The notes under the pieces are model-generated. The model was not told where the DNA came from, searched no databases, and worked only from the letters and a program-made list of their open reading frames with translations. A stretch of 64,000 nt of DNA from Dicyema japonicum (Eukaryota; Animalia; Dicyemida). Positions 14,470-26,669 of the stretch are shown here, piece by piece. The stretch covers positions 968,671 to 1,032,670 of the forward strand of contig RDEW01000017.1 in assembly GCA_011109175.1 (NCBI GenBank), given 5' to 3'. How positions within the stretch are numbered: the first letter of the stretch is position 1; each line of letters begins with the position of its first letter. The translations under genes were made by a program, and so were the position numbers.

Positions 14470-16700
14470 ATGGTATCCCTCAACTCGACAAAGACCATTA
14501 AGCTACGGAATCTTCCACCGAAACACAAGATCGACATTGGAGATATCCAGGAGACTTTCACAAATAGTGTACCCCCATTTTTCAGGGATACACCTTCTTC
14601 AACAAAGACAGATTTGGACGTAGCGGAGGGCTCACTGATTTTATGGAACGTCTCCTACGCCCTCCATACTGGTCCCAAACCAATTATACTAAGTTGAACC
14701 GCTTCAAAGGCCTGCGTGGGAAGAAGGAACCTTCAGGAACTATAAGAAAGCAGACTGGGACGTGAGTCCCCAGCATTTGATTCAATCGACAGTGGACCAT
14801 CTAAATCGTGTAATCCTCCGTGGAGAAAGCTGTTTGTCCCTCGAAGTGTATAAATGCTGTAACACACTCTCGACTTTGAAACTCGTTCCCCCATAAAGAA
14901 AAGGAACGTTCCGAGGATGAACCGACCCCTTACCTGAAAATTTAAATCAAAGAATCACCTCCGTCAAAGCAAAGAAAAGTCTTGGAACCAACTCCTATAA
15001 TCTATGGGAAAGGTGAAATCTACGAGCCTTGCTTGGAATGCTATCCTCCGAATCAAATTAAAATATTTAATGAAACAGAATCTCCCCCAATCAGAATATT
15101 AAGGAAGTTAACAACCTGAAGAAGTAAACGCTTCTATAAGTCACAAGGACGTCTCAAGGACTCATTAAGAAATTTGGTACTCAAAACAACCCAGAATCGA
15201 ACTCTACACAGGCCAAGGTTAGACAAGCAACAAGTTCCATGAAGGGGTCCTGGAATTCTACCAAAGTATCTCAGAGACATTGAGATCTGGTCGATCACCT
15301 CCATTTTTAATCTCTCCCCAAACACGAGTACTATCCCTATCTAATGGAAAAACTCACTTATCATACATGTTCTAATGCTTGGAAAACCGAAGACCTCCCA
15401 TATATCCTACCCCCGATATCCCTTACATTCACTTAACCTTTATCTGGGAGGTTTCAACAAAATCGAGCGGCATTTACGGATATTAGTCTCGTTGACATTC
15501 CAATTGACTGGGTCCTCAGAAACTTACTAACAAAAAATCTTCAACATTCATCGATTTTAAAACGTTGGATAGCAAGCCTCCTCATTAAGGGACGTATATG
15601 TATGGGTCATTCAAGATTTCGTCCCCAAATGGTGTCTCTCAAGAATCTCCCCTTCCCCAAACACTTTTCAACTTATTGACTTACCTGGTTCAATGCTCCT
15701 AGCTTACGTGGATGACTTATTACTGCAACCAGAATAGGTCCGTAGATTCCGTACCCACATATACTAGTTTTACCACCAACCGAAGACAAGAGGATACGTC
15801 AACCTTTATGGAGAATTTATTCAGAGAATCCAAGAATTCTTGGAGTGACCTTAGACCCCTTACTTTTTTTTCTCAACGTGGGAAGAACGTTCTGGCAAAG
15901 TGTCTCCGGAAACTCGACAGAGTCCAGGATCCAGTCGTCGCAAGAATGTGCTTCTGTTCCTAGAGCTCATGGCTGAGTACGCCTGTGCTTCCAAAGCTTA
16001 TGGAATCTCAGTCTCAAGTTACGACTTCATAAATCCTCTCGGAAGAAAAATGATCTGTCTTAAAACCTTTCTACTCAATTCTTACTCCCCCCCTCTTTGA
16101 CATCTAAAGTAGTGGGTCCGATTTCCTCATTCTCTGCGGCGTCAAATCTGATCATTACTTTCGATCAGCGGCAGAAGCTGCCGAAACGCTTAAATTCTAA
16201 CAGAAACCCGCACCTCTTCAAATTCTGCTGAAAGTCGTGACTACAGGAAAGCAATGGGAACTATGGAGGAGCACTGCAAATCCTCAAGCGCCTGTTGAGG
16301 ACTACCGAGATCAGTTGGTTTAGCTGTTACATTCCTAATGTCCCCTTTCGGGTAATTCATATTGGCACCCTCTCCCAATCGTAGTACTATGAGTCAGGAA
16401 CGATATCTCTCACACAGAACAACAACCTCATTCAAAATCACTAGGAAATTACAGAATCTTCAAATCTGTGCCATGAATAAACAAAAAACGAGCTTGATCA
16501 TCTACCAAAAATGTTCTCGAGTGACCAATACTTGTTTCGGTCCAAATTCTTTGCAGGGTCTTTTAACAAATTCTATTTTTCATATGCGAGCCGGACTACA
16601 CCCATTATTTTGCTGAACGCAGAAGGTGATCTCGTTGTTTCTGCTACTCAGTGGACAATCTTCCATATTAGATTCCTCCACGCTCTCTTTGAGTAAGCGA
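14470..16700 (+). mobile_element. Decayed LINE (linker plus RT)
   Basis: NYKKADW-like linker near 14740, GP(D)GILPK near 15245, NGVSQESPL..LFNL near 15630, YVDD near 15705, FSYAS near 16580. Confidence 0.7.
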
Positions 16701-17200
16701 AGTGGACCTCTTCTATCTTTATGTTGGTTCTACGTAGACATTGGAAGGACTGTTCTATGACAATGGCAACTGGATTCACTTTATTTGTCTCCGATTGTTG
16801 TTGGGAGACCCCCTGACTGTGGGACTCTTCTTCTGTAGAGGGGATACCCATTGTCAGTGAACTGTCTAGTAATTATTTGGGGTACCCTTTTGTAAACCTA
16901 CCACCAAATCTCCACTTATCCTATTCATTCGTTGGATCGCAATCCGATTCTTTACTCCCCTCCCCCGTCTATAACCACTCCACAGCTTTTCTTGGAAGGA
17001 GACTTTCAAATTCGCCCTGAATAATTCAAAGTGCGATCTCGGACTCCTGCTTACTCATTTTATCCCCTTTTAAACCGATCAAGAAAAGGGGGACATCACC
17101 ACCTCTCCAAATTAGACCTTACAACGGGGACATTTGCCACTAGCCAATGAAAACGAGAAAGAATGTCAAAAACTCAGAAAATTTGGCTAAAACAGTCATT

Positions 17201-17899
17201 TCATGAACATATTCGCCTTGTAGGTGAGAAGCTCCCCATTTTAGTGATCTTACTGAGATTCCACACTTCGAATGATAGGATGATTACTTGTATAGACTGC
17301 CTGTTGATTTGGGAAAGTTCTATATAGGACACTAAAAGCAGTTCGGACGGCATCGTAGGTTTCTCTGGGAAAAAAATTGTCAAGTCTAAAAATCCGAGGA
17401 CACATTACGAGCGAAGCAAGGTTTCGTCAGCCACATATTGGTTGAGTCCTATACAAACTACACTATCGGGCTTTAAGTCCCCCCCGGGACTTATTCTCAG
17501 TAAATGAGAGTAGTTCCACTGAAAGCCGGAGATTATCGCCTCCTAAAATACATAATCCCCAAAACCGTCTGTGTGAAAAAACGATCGATATAGACTTTAA
17601 GTTTTTTAGCAAAAGTGAATGCTTTAATGTCAATTTGACGTTGTTGTAGATATTTGCTGTTTATTTAGTTTAACGGTAACTTCGCTATTCTCTTAGATGC
17701 GCAGATTACTTTGAGGACCTGATCTTCTACTCCGGCCACTCCGACGGTGAGAGAATCGTTGATCTGATATATTTTGCAGCAGTACCCATCGGTGGCTGAA
17801 AATAATCATAAAGTCACATGTGGGGGAGCTGTCGAGAGAATCAGAGGCAATTAGTACGTTTTTGTGGTAGCGGAATGCAATCATTGTGTAACTCACCAT
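17201..17899 (-). CDS. Highly divergent 20S proteasome beta-type subunit (beta5-like, predicted non-catalytic), 5 introns of 22-24 nt
   Basis: Spliced MVSYTMIAFRYHKNVLIASDS..CKIYQINDSLTVGVAG..AIISGF..LLRISPGG..VVCIG follows the Ntn beta-subunit pattern (TTTLAF..VAADS..K..EIN..MAG). Five GT-AG introns give one open frame of about 195 aa. Confidence 0.7.
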
Positions 17900-18039
17900 T
17901 TGTGAGAATCATTATCCAATCATTTTATAGTATTTCGGGTGGTCAACAGAAAATAATATTACCCCCGATTATTTAATGTCGGTAATCTGTCCGCGCCGAA
18001 TAGCGTTGATTGACCTTGCGACAGCACTGCAATCATTGG

Positions 18040-18260
18040 GGACATTTGAGACCTGGTGGTGGTTACTGCTGTTGTGTCGCATTTAGCTGCGAGTTCGATT
18101 CCCAGACGACTACCTACCGGGTGGAGGATGTCTTTCGCTTTATTCGATTCCTACAGGGGTCATTGGATCCGCCTTACTCTAGATACTTCTAATGCCTGAA
18201 AGGCATCCCAAAACGATCCTTTTCTTCCCGTCTCCAGTGCATAAGTTCCCACAATGGCAG
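18040..18260 (+). mobile_element. SINE family A copy with tRNA-like head
   Basis: B-box GTTCGATTCC at 18093-18102. The head aligns with 26680-26745 and is followed by the body GGATCCGCCTTACTC..AAAACGATCC..CTCCAGTG..TTCCCACAATGGCAG. Confidence 0.6.
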
Positions 18261-19242
18261 ATACTCCAGGTATTTGATACTTCCCGTTTGATTGGGGGAA
18301 CTGGGCAGAAAACGTCTTTCAGGTATATCCTGGGTTATTAAAAAGACATTCGATGGTTAATAACAAGTCCCTTGTTCCTCTTCTTGCTGCTAAAGCTACG
18401 CCATAGTGATCATAGTTATGTTGTCTCAGCTTCCCAACTAACGAGGAATATGGTGGAAAAACGCTAGGGGAACTTAATTTTTTAAAGGTGGAAGCTTCTG
18501 TGAGGCTGGATTCGAACAAAATGAAGCACTATTTGTACTATGACTTTAATTTTTCGAAAAAGAAATAAAGAACTGCATCAAGTGAAGATCTGCACACTCA
18601 CCTGACTATTTGGTGGAGGTTCTGTCCCTTTCTTCTCGCGTGACGTCAGGAGATCCGATGTTGACGTGGAGGCACCTCTATTGCATCGTACATTGATTTA
18701 TTGTGGATGAATGGTCTTGTCTTCTTTCTCCTTACAAAATTTGAACTAAGGAAATGTCGAAAACACGAGGAATGCAAGTTCAAATCTCGTCCCATCCAAA
18801 TCGAAAGCAAAACAGAGAACGTCATCTCCAGGGGGAGTCCTGAATAGCTAGTTGCCTAAGATACTCACTATTAAAACAAAAAACGGACAAAATTGTCTTA
18901 ACTTGTACTAACTACAATTTTGGTGACTAAAGACGGTCAACAACTACCAAAAAATATATTTTAATTAAACGTGGGTGCTCGAAAAATTGAAAACTTATCC
19001 CCCTTCTCGATTAGGAAGGAAATGCTCTCAATCAGTAACTCCTCTCTCACTTATTCCCTTTCCGCCCCTGCGATAAACGACCTAATACAGTTCAGAAGGG
19101 TTAGTGGCTACTCCCAACAATCCCGAAGGTTCATCTGCGATCGGTTCAAAATGAACTGTCACCAAAACTTTAGTATCCCCCTTTAAGAATGTCCTCCATT
19201 TCTGTCTCCAAAACTAGAATACTTAGTAGTCTCCAACATAAG

Positions 19243-22200
19243 TCAAAGTGTTAGAACTGTCCAGTTCCAACAGAAGAGACACGTACAAATTATAAAACAG
19301 CAAAAATAATAATTAATATAAATTAACACATGACACATTCTTATTCTACAAATCAAATAAAATAATAAACCCTGCACGTGCACTCAACACTTTCTATGAT
19401 ATCGAAAATCTTGTATTCATAAGCCCACACTTCATTCTCTTTATAAAGCACTTCATCATGCCAGCATCCTTCCTTGTCAACGTCATTCATATAGGCTTAT
19501 GTAAATCAAACACTACCTCTCACAGGGGCACAACAACCCTTCTTCAGATAAGTGGGGTCACTCGGTTCATATCCTTTGGGACATTCCTCGGTCATGCAGT
19601 AATAGTCATATGGGCTCTATGAAGCATTAAACTCCTCACAACAGTGCAGTAACATTTTATACACACTTTGTAGCCTTCTGTGAAGATGAATGGGTGCCAG
19701 GCAACTCCAATCGGATATAGTCTCTTGTCCCCTTCATAATAACACCTTCCACGTGGTTCAGTGTCTTATAATAAAAACACATTCTAACCTCTGCATATTT
19801 GACAGCATTGACCTTCGTAGCGAGACTGCGTGAGTTGGAGACACGACAATTTGGGGCAAATCACTTTAAAACATTTTTGTTTACCATTCTAAGAAATTTA
19901 ATTAATTTTAAAATTATTTATAAATTATAAAATTATTTAACTTTAAATAAAAAATATTAATCATACAATACAAACGCACGTGGAGCATTTAATATGCCAA
20001 ATATCCCCGTCATTATATATAAAACCTCTTCTAAAATCATAACACTGTTTATGGTTGATTAAATCTCTAATATCAGGAATAGTAAAATCCTGATTGTTGA
20101 GAATTTGCCCCCTTCCACACGAATTTGCTAAAACAAACTAAAAGTCAACGTAATTTTTCACCGGTGGACTGACGACAGTAGATTTATGCACGTTGTCAAC
20201 CAATTTGAGATAAAGCTGGCCCTTGTTAAGTTTCTCGAAAATCTCCGCCTTTAAGTCAGAAATCAATTTCTCTAGTAAAACTATAAGCTACAGTTTGGAC
20301 AATCTCGTCCTCAATTGTCAGCAAATGTAGATTAGCCATATTATCAGTCAAATACAGGTCAATCTGCCTTATTAGCTGATTTTTAATTTTGGGAAAAAAC
20401 AACAAAATTGAAAGCTGACAATTTTGGTTAACATCCACAAAGAGCAAAATAGAGTATGTAGATTTGACCGTGTTTTTTGTTTGGAGGACAATTGTCACAG
20501 TCGCTAGTGATTAAATCAAATATTACTTAAATGAATAAATAATGGAAATATTTCTAGTTTTCCCATATTTGTGAGGTTTTTGGTTGCCAGAGAAATCACA
20601 ATTTCTTGACTAGTTATTGCCTGGGCAAATAAGAGAGTAATTGGGACATGATGGCATTTTATCTTTGTAAATTTGATTAATACCTCACAATTCAGTCTGC
20701 ACGTGTCTTCACATGTGGAATTGAATAGATATTTCAGTCCTTGACGTCCAATATAAAAATATGCCTTTACGACTTGATCCTGCTCAAATTTTGCTTTAAT
20801 CTAACACATAAGCGAAATTAAATTTTTAAATATTTAAAAAAATAAATTTAAAATAATAAATAATTTAATCAAAATCAATATTTACTGTTTCTATGCATAA
20901 AAAATAGCATATTTAAGCATATACCACAAAACTAATATAGGATCTCCCAATTTGTAACAGAATACTCCCAACACTGTCCTTTTCAGATGCAATAATCCCC
21001 ACCAAAGCTAAAATGACTTAGTGGTACTAACACTGGTAAGTCGGCTTGATAAAGACAGATCCACTATAAATTGTATTTGATGGAGAAATCAGCCTTATAT
21101 CTAAATCTTCTACTAACAGTCCAGCCAGAATAGATGGGTCGACCATTAATCTTCCATGTAATGTGTTCGACTAAATTCACATTTAACCTTACTTCTTTGT
21201 TTATTAATGACTCATCACGTGCTACGAGAAAGTTATTATTGTATAGAGAGATTATCCATTTTTCGTGATAGTCAGTCATTTTTTCTGAAATTCATTAATT
21301 TAAATATATTTTTTATATAATTTTTAAATTTAAATAAAATAATAAATAATTTTTATTTAAAATACCGTTTGTTGTGACCAGATATTTAAACGTGTAATTT
21401 TCGTTTATTTCGAATGCTGAGAACGCATAACCATCATTATTTGTATTTACAAGTAATGAACACAACGAAACTAAATTTAAATAAAAATTTAAATTTAAAA
21501 CCGCTTTTAAGACTATGAAACTCTGTTATTCTCCCCTCCAATGTGACATCGCTGTTGACCATTCGCACTCTTATTGTAGCATTATCTCCCAAATTCTTGA
21601 AAATGGCGTTATTAACGTCTTTCCAGCAAACATAAAACTTAATAAAATTTAAAAATACATTATTAGACTGGCCTTTGTGGGCGAACTCTTCCACAATAAT
21701 TTTATCATTCCACAATATTGACACAATAATTTCCTCATCTACCATATTGTCATTCGCACTGAAACTCCCAAAAATTATTACTTTAAGAGAATCGATGACA
21801 GACATAAACTCTTATCGGTCCTCAACAAACTCACAATCACAAAAGTAGTCACGTGTGTTGTTCTCTCGTTTAGCAAGGCGTAGTATTCCTGGCTTACGTC
21901 ATTTTCGCTGGATTTGTAATTTGAGGCCACGAAGTAATCCATTTGTAGATTTTCTGAAATTTTAATATTTACAACCTTCCTGTAGCGAATCTTCAACACA
22001 CGTTTTACAACACTTTCCAGAGTCATAGTCGATATTTGAGCACGTGGGAGTCACACATAACTTACTGACGTCATCACAGACAATTATGTTGAGTTTGGGA
22101 GTTACGTCGTGCTGAGTAGATCAAATAGAATACCGGTTTACATTGGCACAACAGACAGTATGTCCTTTTTGAGTTAAACTTGGGGTAAAACTGGTCCCCA

Positions 22201-22318
22201 AGGGGATGAATTCTGTATCGAATATACATCCCCCGTTTACTGAGTAGCTGATAGTTTGTGGATCTCTAAATGGAACCATTATGGAGCAGGTGTGCATGAA
22301 GGCGAGTAGTATTATCAT
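19243..22318 (-). CDS. CHRD: Chordin (signal peptide, CR1, CHRD region, CR2-CR4); one frameshift in CR1 near 22150
   Basis: CR1 GCIF..LCQC..VCDDVSKLCVTPTCSNIDYDSGKCCKTC. CHRD-like YVCWKDV..LEGRI and LNKGQLYLKL..WKGQI. CR2 WHIKCSTCVCINGKQKCFKVICPKLSC..GQCCQIC. CR3 WHPFIFTEGYKVCIKCYC..GCC. Partial CR4. Confidence 0.88.
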
Positions 22319-22804
22319 ATTACGTGTGTTATTATGATATGGCAGATTCACAATTTTTATATTTATTTAATAAAATTAATATTAAATTTAAAATTTTGAT
22401 ATAAATTATTATTTAAAAAGATTCTTAAAATGTTGCTTGTGGACTCCAATTTATTTACAAAAAATTATAATTATGTGCTATTTCTTTTCTGGACTGTGAA
22501 AGAAATAGCGTTCACGGATGTTCTCTGAGCCGGTTAAGATTTCCGAGTCTTCTGAGGAAATCGAGGGACGAATGTCTGTGGGCCCCAAAGGTTTTTACAG
22601 CGAGAGAAACATAGGCTTATTATATTTAATTGATGCTTTAGTACATTAATTTATTGAGACAATTAAGTTGTTCTTTAATTTATTTTAATTTGTGAGTTTC
22701 TTTGATTTTAAATTAAATTCAGCCTTCGTGTGCGGATTATACAATGACGACGTATTAATGCATTCTAATTTGTGGGAATTGAGGGGACATCATTATTTCT
22801 CTTA

Positions 22805-23030
22805 TTTATGGTGGCGTCATGTGATCCACCTTACTCAGGAGACCCCAAGTCGGCTTCAAAAGGATCAATCTATATATTTCGTTCCCCGGCGACGAGTTCT
22901 GGAATCGTCATCAGCTTCCCGGACAACATCCTCTGGAGCATTGTACTTGGATGAGGACCTGCTGGAACGCGTCAGGCTCAAGAAATTAGTTAGTTTGGTT
23001 TTACCTTGGTCTTTGGAACTGTCTTTTCTT
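22805..23030 (+). mobile_element. SINE family A copy
   Basis: GTGGCGTCATGTGATCCACCTTACTCAGGAG body, as at 23879, and tail TTAGTTTGGTTTTACCTTGGTCTTTGG. Confidence 0.7.
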
Positions 23031-23437
23031 GTAATAGCCTTTTTGGTAACAAGATTAAGATTGATTTGAAATTTTCCAGCAAAGCGACGGCATTTTACGG
23101 ATGAATCCTGCCGTCCATCCAATGATGGGATCATACTTCCTCTGCTCAGGGGCTTTTCAAACTCTTGATTAGTTCTATCCAATTCTTCGCTTCTTTTTAA
23201 ATTAATTAACGTTTTTAGCTTGACGGCATCCTTTTCTTCACTTCTCCGGTAGAGGGGTTCCCCCAATGGGGGATGGGATAGACGTGATGGCTGGAAGTCT
23301 GTACCCGCTCAAAGGGAACAGAATAAACCTATTTCTGCCACAACTGTTATGCAACCTCTAAAGTATGTAATTTTATTAAATCATAAAATTATCTAAAATT
23401 ATTTAATTCCGTAATATTCAATATAAAAGAGCTTGCG

Positions 23438-23746
23438 GTGTATTTTGTAAATGAAAAATCGAGATTTTCTGAGGAAAACGTTGACAGAGAATCCGAATCC
23501 GAAGAGAATGGCTCCGAATCCGAAGAGGAAAATGAAATGGACTACAGACATTTGCTCGAGAAAGTTAAGAGAGCTCTCCCAAGCTACAATCAAAATGAGT
23601 TTTTTTCTGACACAAGGATATTGAGAGAAACTACAGATTACATTAAACATTTGAAATCGGAGATTATTAAACTGCATGATGACGTTTATAAGCAAGTTGA
23701 GAAAATCAGAAAACGTGTTCGTAACCTTAAAAAGAAGGATAACTAA
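23438..23746 (+). CDS. HLH(-Zip) protein lacking a canonical basic region (ID/emc-like or Max-like); start uncertain (GTG, or ATG near 23451 with a 1-nt error)
   Basis: LLEKVKRALPSYNQNEFFSDTRILRETTDYIKHL aligns without gaps to the ID1 HLH as I remember it (about 13/44 identities). Acidic ESESEE stretch upstream; amphipathic tail ending VRNL. Confidence 0.7.
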   Translation: MYFVNEKSRFSEENVDRESESEENGSESEEENEMDYRHLLEKVKRALPSYNQNEFFSDTRILRETTDYIKHLKSEIIKLHDDVYKQVEKIRKRVRNLKKKDN

Positions 23747-23834
23747 ATTTTTTTCCTTTCAATAAATGTTCATGTTGTTTTTTTAAATCAGTTACTTTGT
23801 AATCCACTTGGGCCGAGATAAAAAATTGTTCTGC

Positions 23835-24060
23835 CACGTGGTGCCATATGGCTGCTTGGATGAAGATTTTTCTTTCTGTGGCGTCATGGATCCACCTTAC
23901 TCAGGAGTCGGCCAATCCATGGCTGACACTCAAAAGGATCCATCTATTCATTCCACCGGGAGATGATTTTGTTCCTTGGCAACGAGTTCTGAACAACACA
24001 TCCTCTGGATCACTCTGCTTGGGTGAAGGTCTTACTGGAACGCGTCAGGATCAATGAATT
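23835..24060 (+). mobile_element. SINE family A copy with CACGTG head
   Basis: Starts CACGTGGTGCCATATGGCTGCTTGGATGAAGAT; body colinear with 28865-29140. Confidence 0.7.
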
Positions 24061-25039
24061 TGTTGGATGACACGCGCAATGGAAAGCTATTTCTCACGAT
24101 CCGAAGGGGCATTTTGTGGGAGCCCCAGCCTACAGTACTAAACGAGGATCTATCTGAAATAAACTGCAAACTGGAAAAGACCTTGATTCACTACGAGCAA
24201 TAGCAAAATGGGGGAACTCGGAAGAGGGTGTGTAGTAGGACACTAACATCCGATCAATTTATGATTTTCTGGTGGTGTTTATTAATGATGATAATAATGC
24301 TATTTTTTCATGGAAAAGGGTCACGTGTTATTAAAGAACCCTAGTCGATCGGGTCAATGATCCAAAGAATCACCAAGGATCCACGTGAGACTGTATGGCT
24401 TCGAGAGCGTATCTTGATACTTACGTCAGAGGAAGCAGGACATCCATTCAAAATAAGTCTGAGACGCTAACAATGACGAGTTGTACCATCCAACTAGAAC
24501 ATGAAGAAAGAAGGAGTTGAACCAAATGATTGTGATCTAAGTGATCCACAATTTCCCGATGTTCCTTGACGGTTCCTTCTTATTTATGGTATTTCCGGGT
24601 TTCGGCGACTTTCAACATGGATCAGAGAAAAACAAAAAAGAGGAATCGGACCCACAAATCTGGATTGCAGACAGAGAAATCGAGAGGTTAGTTAGACTAA
24701 CTTAGATCTACCAGCTAGACCAAGAATCCCCAATTAAGTTCAGAAAGATTAATCATTAAATGATTCCGCCTCTCTCAGTAGTCTCCTTATTTGACTCGCT
24801 GTTCTTTCTAAATCCCAGGCACTTAATCTCGTTGTACAGGCAGAACATCGCCTGTCGGCCAGTAGTTCTGATAGGGGTCTCAAAGGGAGTAGGGCCTTTC
24901 TATGGGGCTGAAAACTTATTTAGAGTTCCATTAACAAGGATTGGATGTCCTTGATCTTCTTTATGTGGGTTTTTGTTAAATTCATTTTCCATGCGCATCC
25001 GTAGCTAACAGTTAATATATTGGCCATAAACGTGTTTTT

Positions 25040-25830
25040 AATTATCAACCCAAGACCACGGTAAAATTAAACTAAACATCACGTGATCCCGATGTATCCC
25101 AACAGCGACCTCATCTTTGCCCGATGTTCTTCCCTCGTCCCCGCGCATTAACGTAGGACGGCTGACTGGTTTTACTGGGCCGCATTCCCGTGATCTGGAG
25201 TCTAGTCTCATTAGTGTTTCCAGAGGCGTCGGTCCGGCTCGGAGATCTCCACAAATCCAAAGGCTCCGTTATTCTGAAAGCTCTATTTTTCATTTCCTTG
25301 ATCTTCCTCATATTTGTCCAAGATATGGAAGGTCCCCACGATATGAGAAACATGGCTGATGTACTGCCTGTACACGCTCATCAGGAGCGAGTGAGTACCA
25401 CTCTTCATATTCCCAATAAACTTTTTACTCCGTTCAGTTTCTTCTCGCATTTCAAAAGAATGTTTTCCACGTGTGCTGTCATACAGAGGTGCATATCAAG
25501 TATCACATCCAAGATTATTTGACATCTGCTGAAAGGGATGTCGACCTTGTTTAACTTCAAGGTGACTGTTATCCTTCCCAAACTCATGTCCGAGGTAAAA
25601 GGGAGGTACACGACTTCTCTGCATTAGCCGGTTTTCCATTATCCGGTCCAGGTTAACTTGTATTCTTCTGTGACCTCCTGGATGTCCCGATCTCGCTAAG
25701 CAAACACAACATCACCCGCATAGGAGAGTAGAACATCACCATCAGATTCCAAAGTCGAAAGAGCGGTCAGAAAGAGGTTAAGCGGAGCAGAGGATAAAGG
25801 AGATCCTTGAGACGTGAGATGGATTTCAGT
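25040..25830 (-). mobile_element. 5'-truncated LINE, same family as 42285-43660
   Basis: KLNKVDIPFSRCQIILDV..TAHVENILLKCEK matches KLDNFEIPFTKCQKILGV..SPHVANIVLKCEK. Same tail CGGGATCACGTGAT..TTTACCGTGGTCTTGGG. Confidence 0.85.
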
Positions 25831-25977
25831 CCTCTGAGGCATCGAATAGTTGAAAAAAAGTGTTAATGTCAAACTGAAAATAAGGGAATACAGTGGATTT
25901 AAAAACTCAAAAAAAAGTAAAAATAAATGTATTAATTTTAAATAAAAAAAATAATATTTAAATAATTAATAGTTGTT

Positions 25978-26574
25978 ATGTCAGTGAGTGGTCGTACAAA
26001 GCCCAATATAAGACGAGGTGTTGTATTACTAATATAAAGACATTTCCAGGTCAATTGAATTAATAAGAAGGCTCCATGCCTGTTAATATATTATTATATT
26101 GATAGCAAATACAATCCCTACTAATTGTTTACTAAAGTTAATGATGATTATGGAGAGTGATGCCTTCGTAACAGTGGCTGACCTTTACTCCACTCACTAC
26201 AATAGAATTGTCAACAGCAACCAGCAACATTGCGCTGAGGCGGCAAAAATTGTGAATTTTATTTTTTATATTTTTAAGGCTACGTTGGAGAGCCTAAATA
26301 TGGCGGCAAATCATTTCCATCCTCGAATTGTGGTGGTCGATAAATTGTCCACATCTCAACTGGGATTTATGATTAATAGAATTGACGGAAGTATCTTAAT
26401 ATCGGAGTCTGAGTATGATGATTTGGTTGAGGGGGACGAATTGTTGGAGATAAATGATCGAGTTTGTTGGTTATGTGACTTTAGGATATTCAAGGATGGA
26501 AATGTTCTCAGGTTTGTGATTTTCTTAGCAATTTGACTGGTTGGAGTAGAATTGTAATTTTTAGGAAAAATTAG
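25978..26574 (+). CDS. LIN7: LIN7/Veli (L27 plus PDZ), 4 introns of 22-27 nt
   Basis: RRDISRSIELIRRL..IMESDAFVTVADLY..AAK.AT..NHFHPRIVVVDK..LGFMI..GDELLEIN matches LIN7 RDICRAIELL..ATAKAT..GHSHPRVVELPK..LGFNI..GDQLLSVN. Confidence 0.88.
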
Positions 26575-26669
26575 ACTCAAAGTTAAATTTAGTGCAAAAT
26601 ATTTAAATTAATATTAAATTATTGATTTAAGATAATTTTTTATTTTTTGTAATAAATATTTATAGTTAA

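Noticed and set aside
17400-17560. GGGACTTATTCTCAG and a hairpin resembling the RNase MRP/P 3' motif
   Set aside because: The region is an open coding exon of the proteasome beta-like gene on the minus strand, and no matching CR-I motif was found.
18040-18110. tRNA gene candidates here and at 26670-26730
   Set aside because: B-boxes are present but I could not build an acceptor stem or cloverleaf, and both run into the SINE body.
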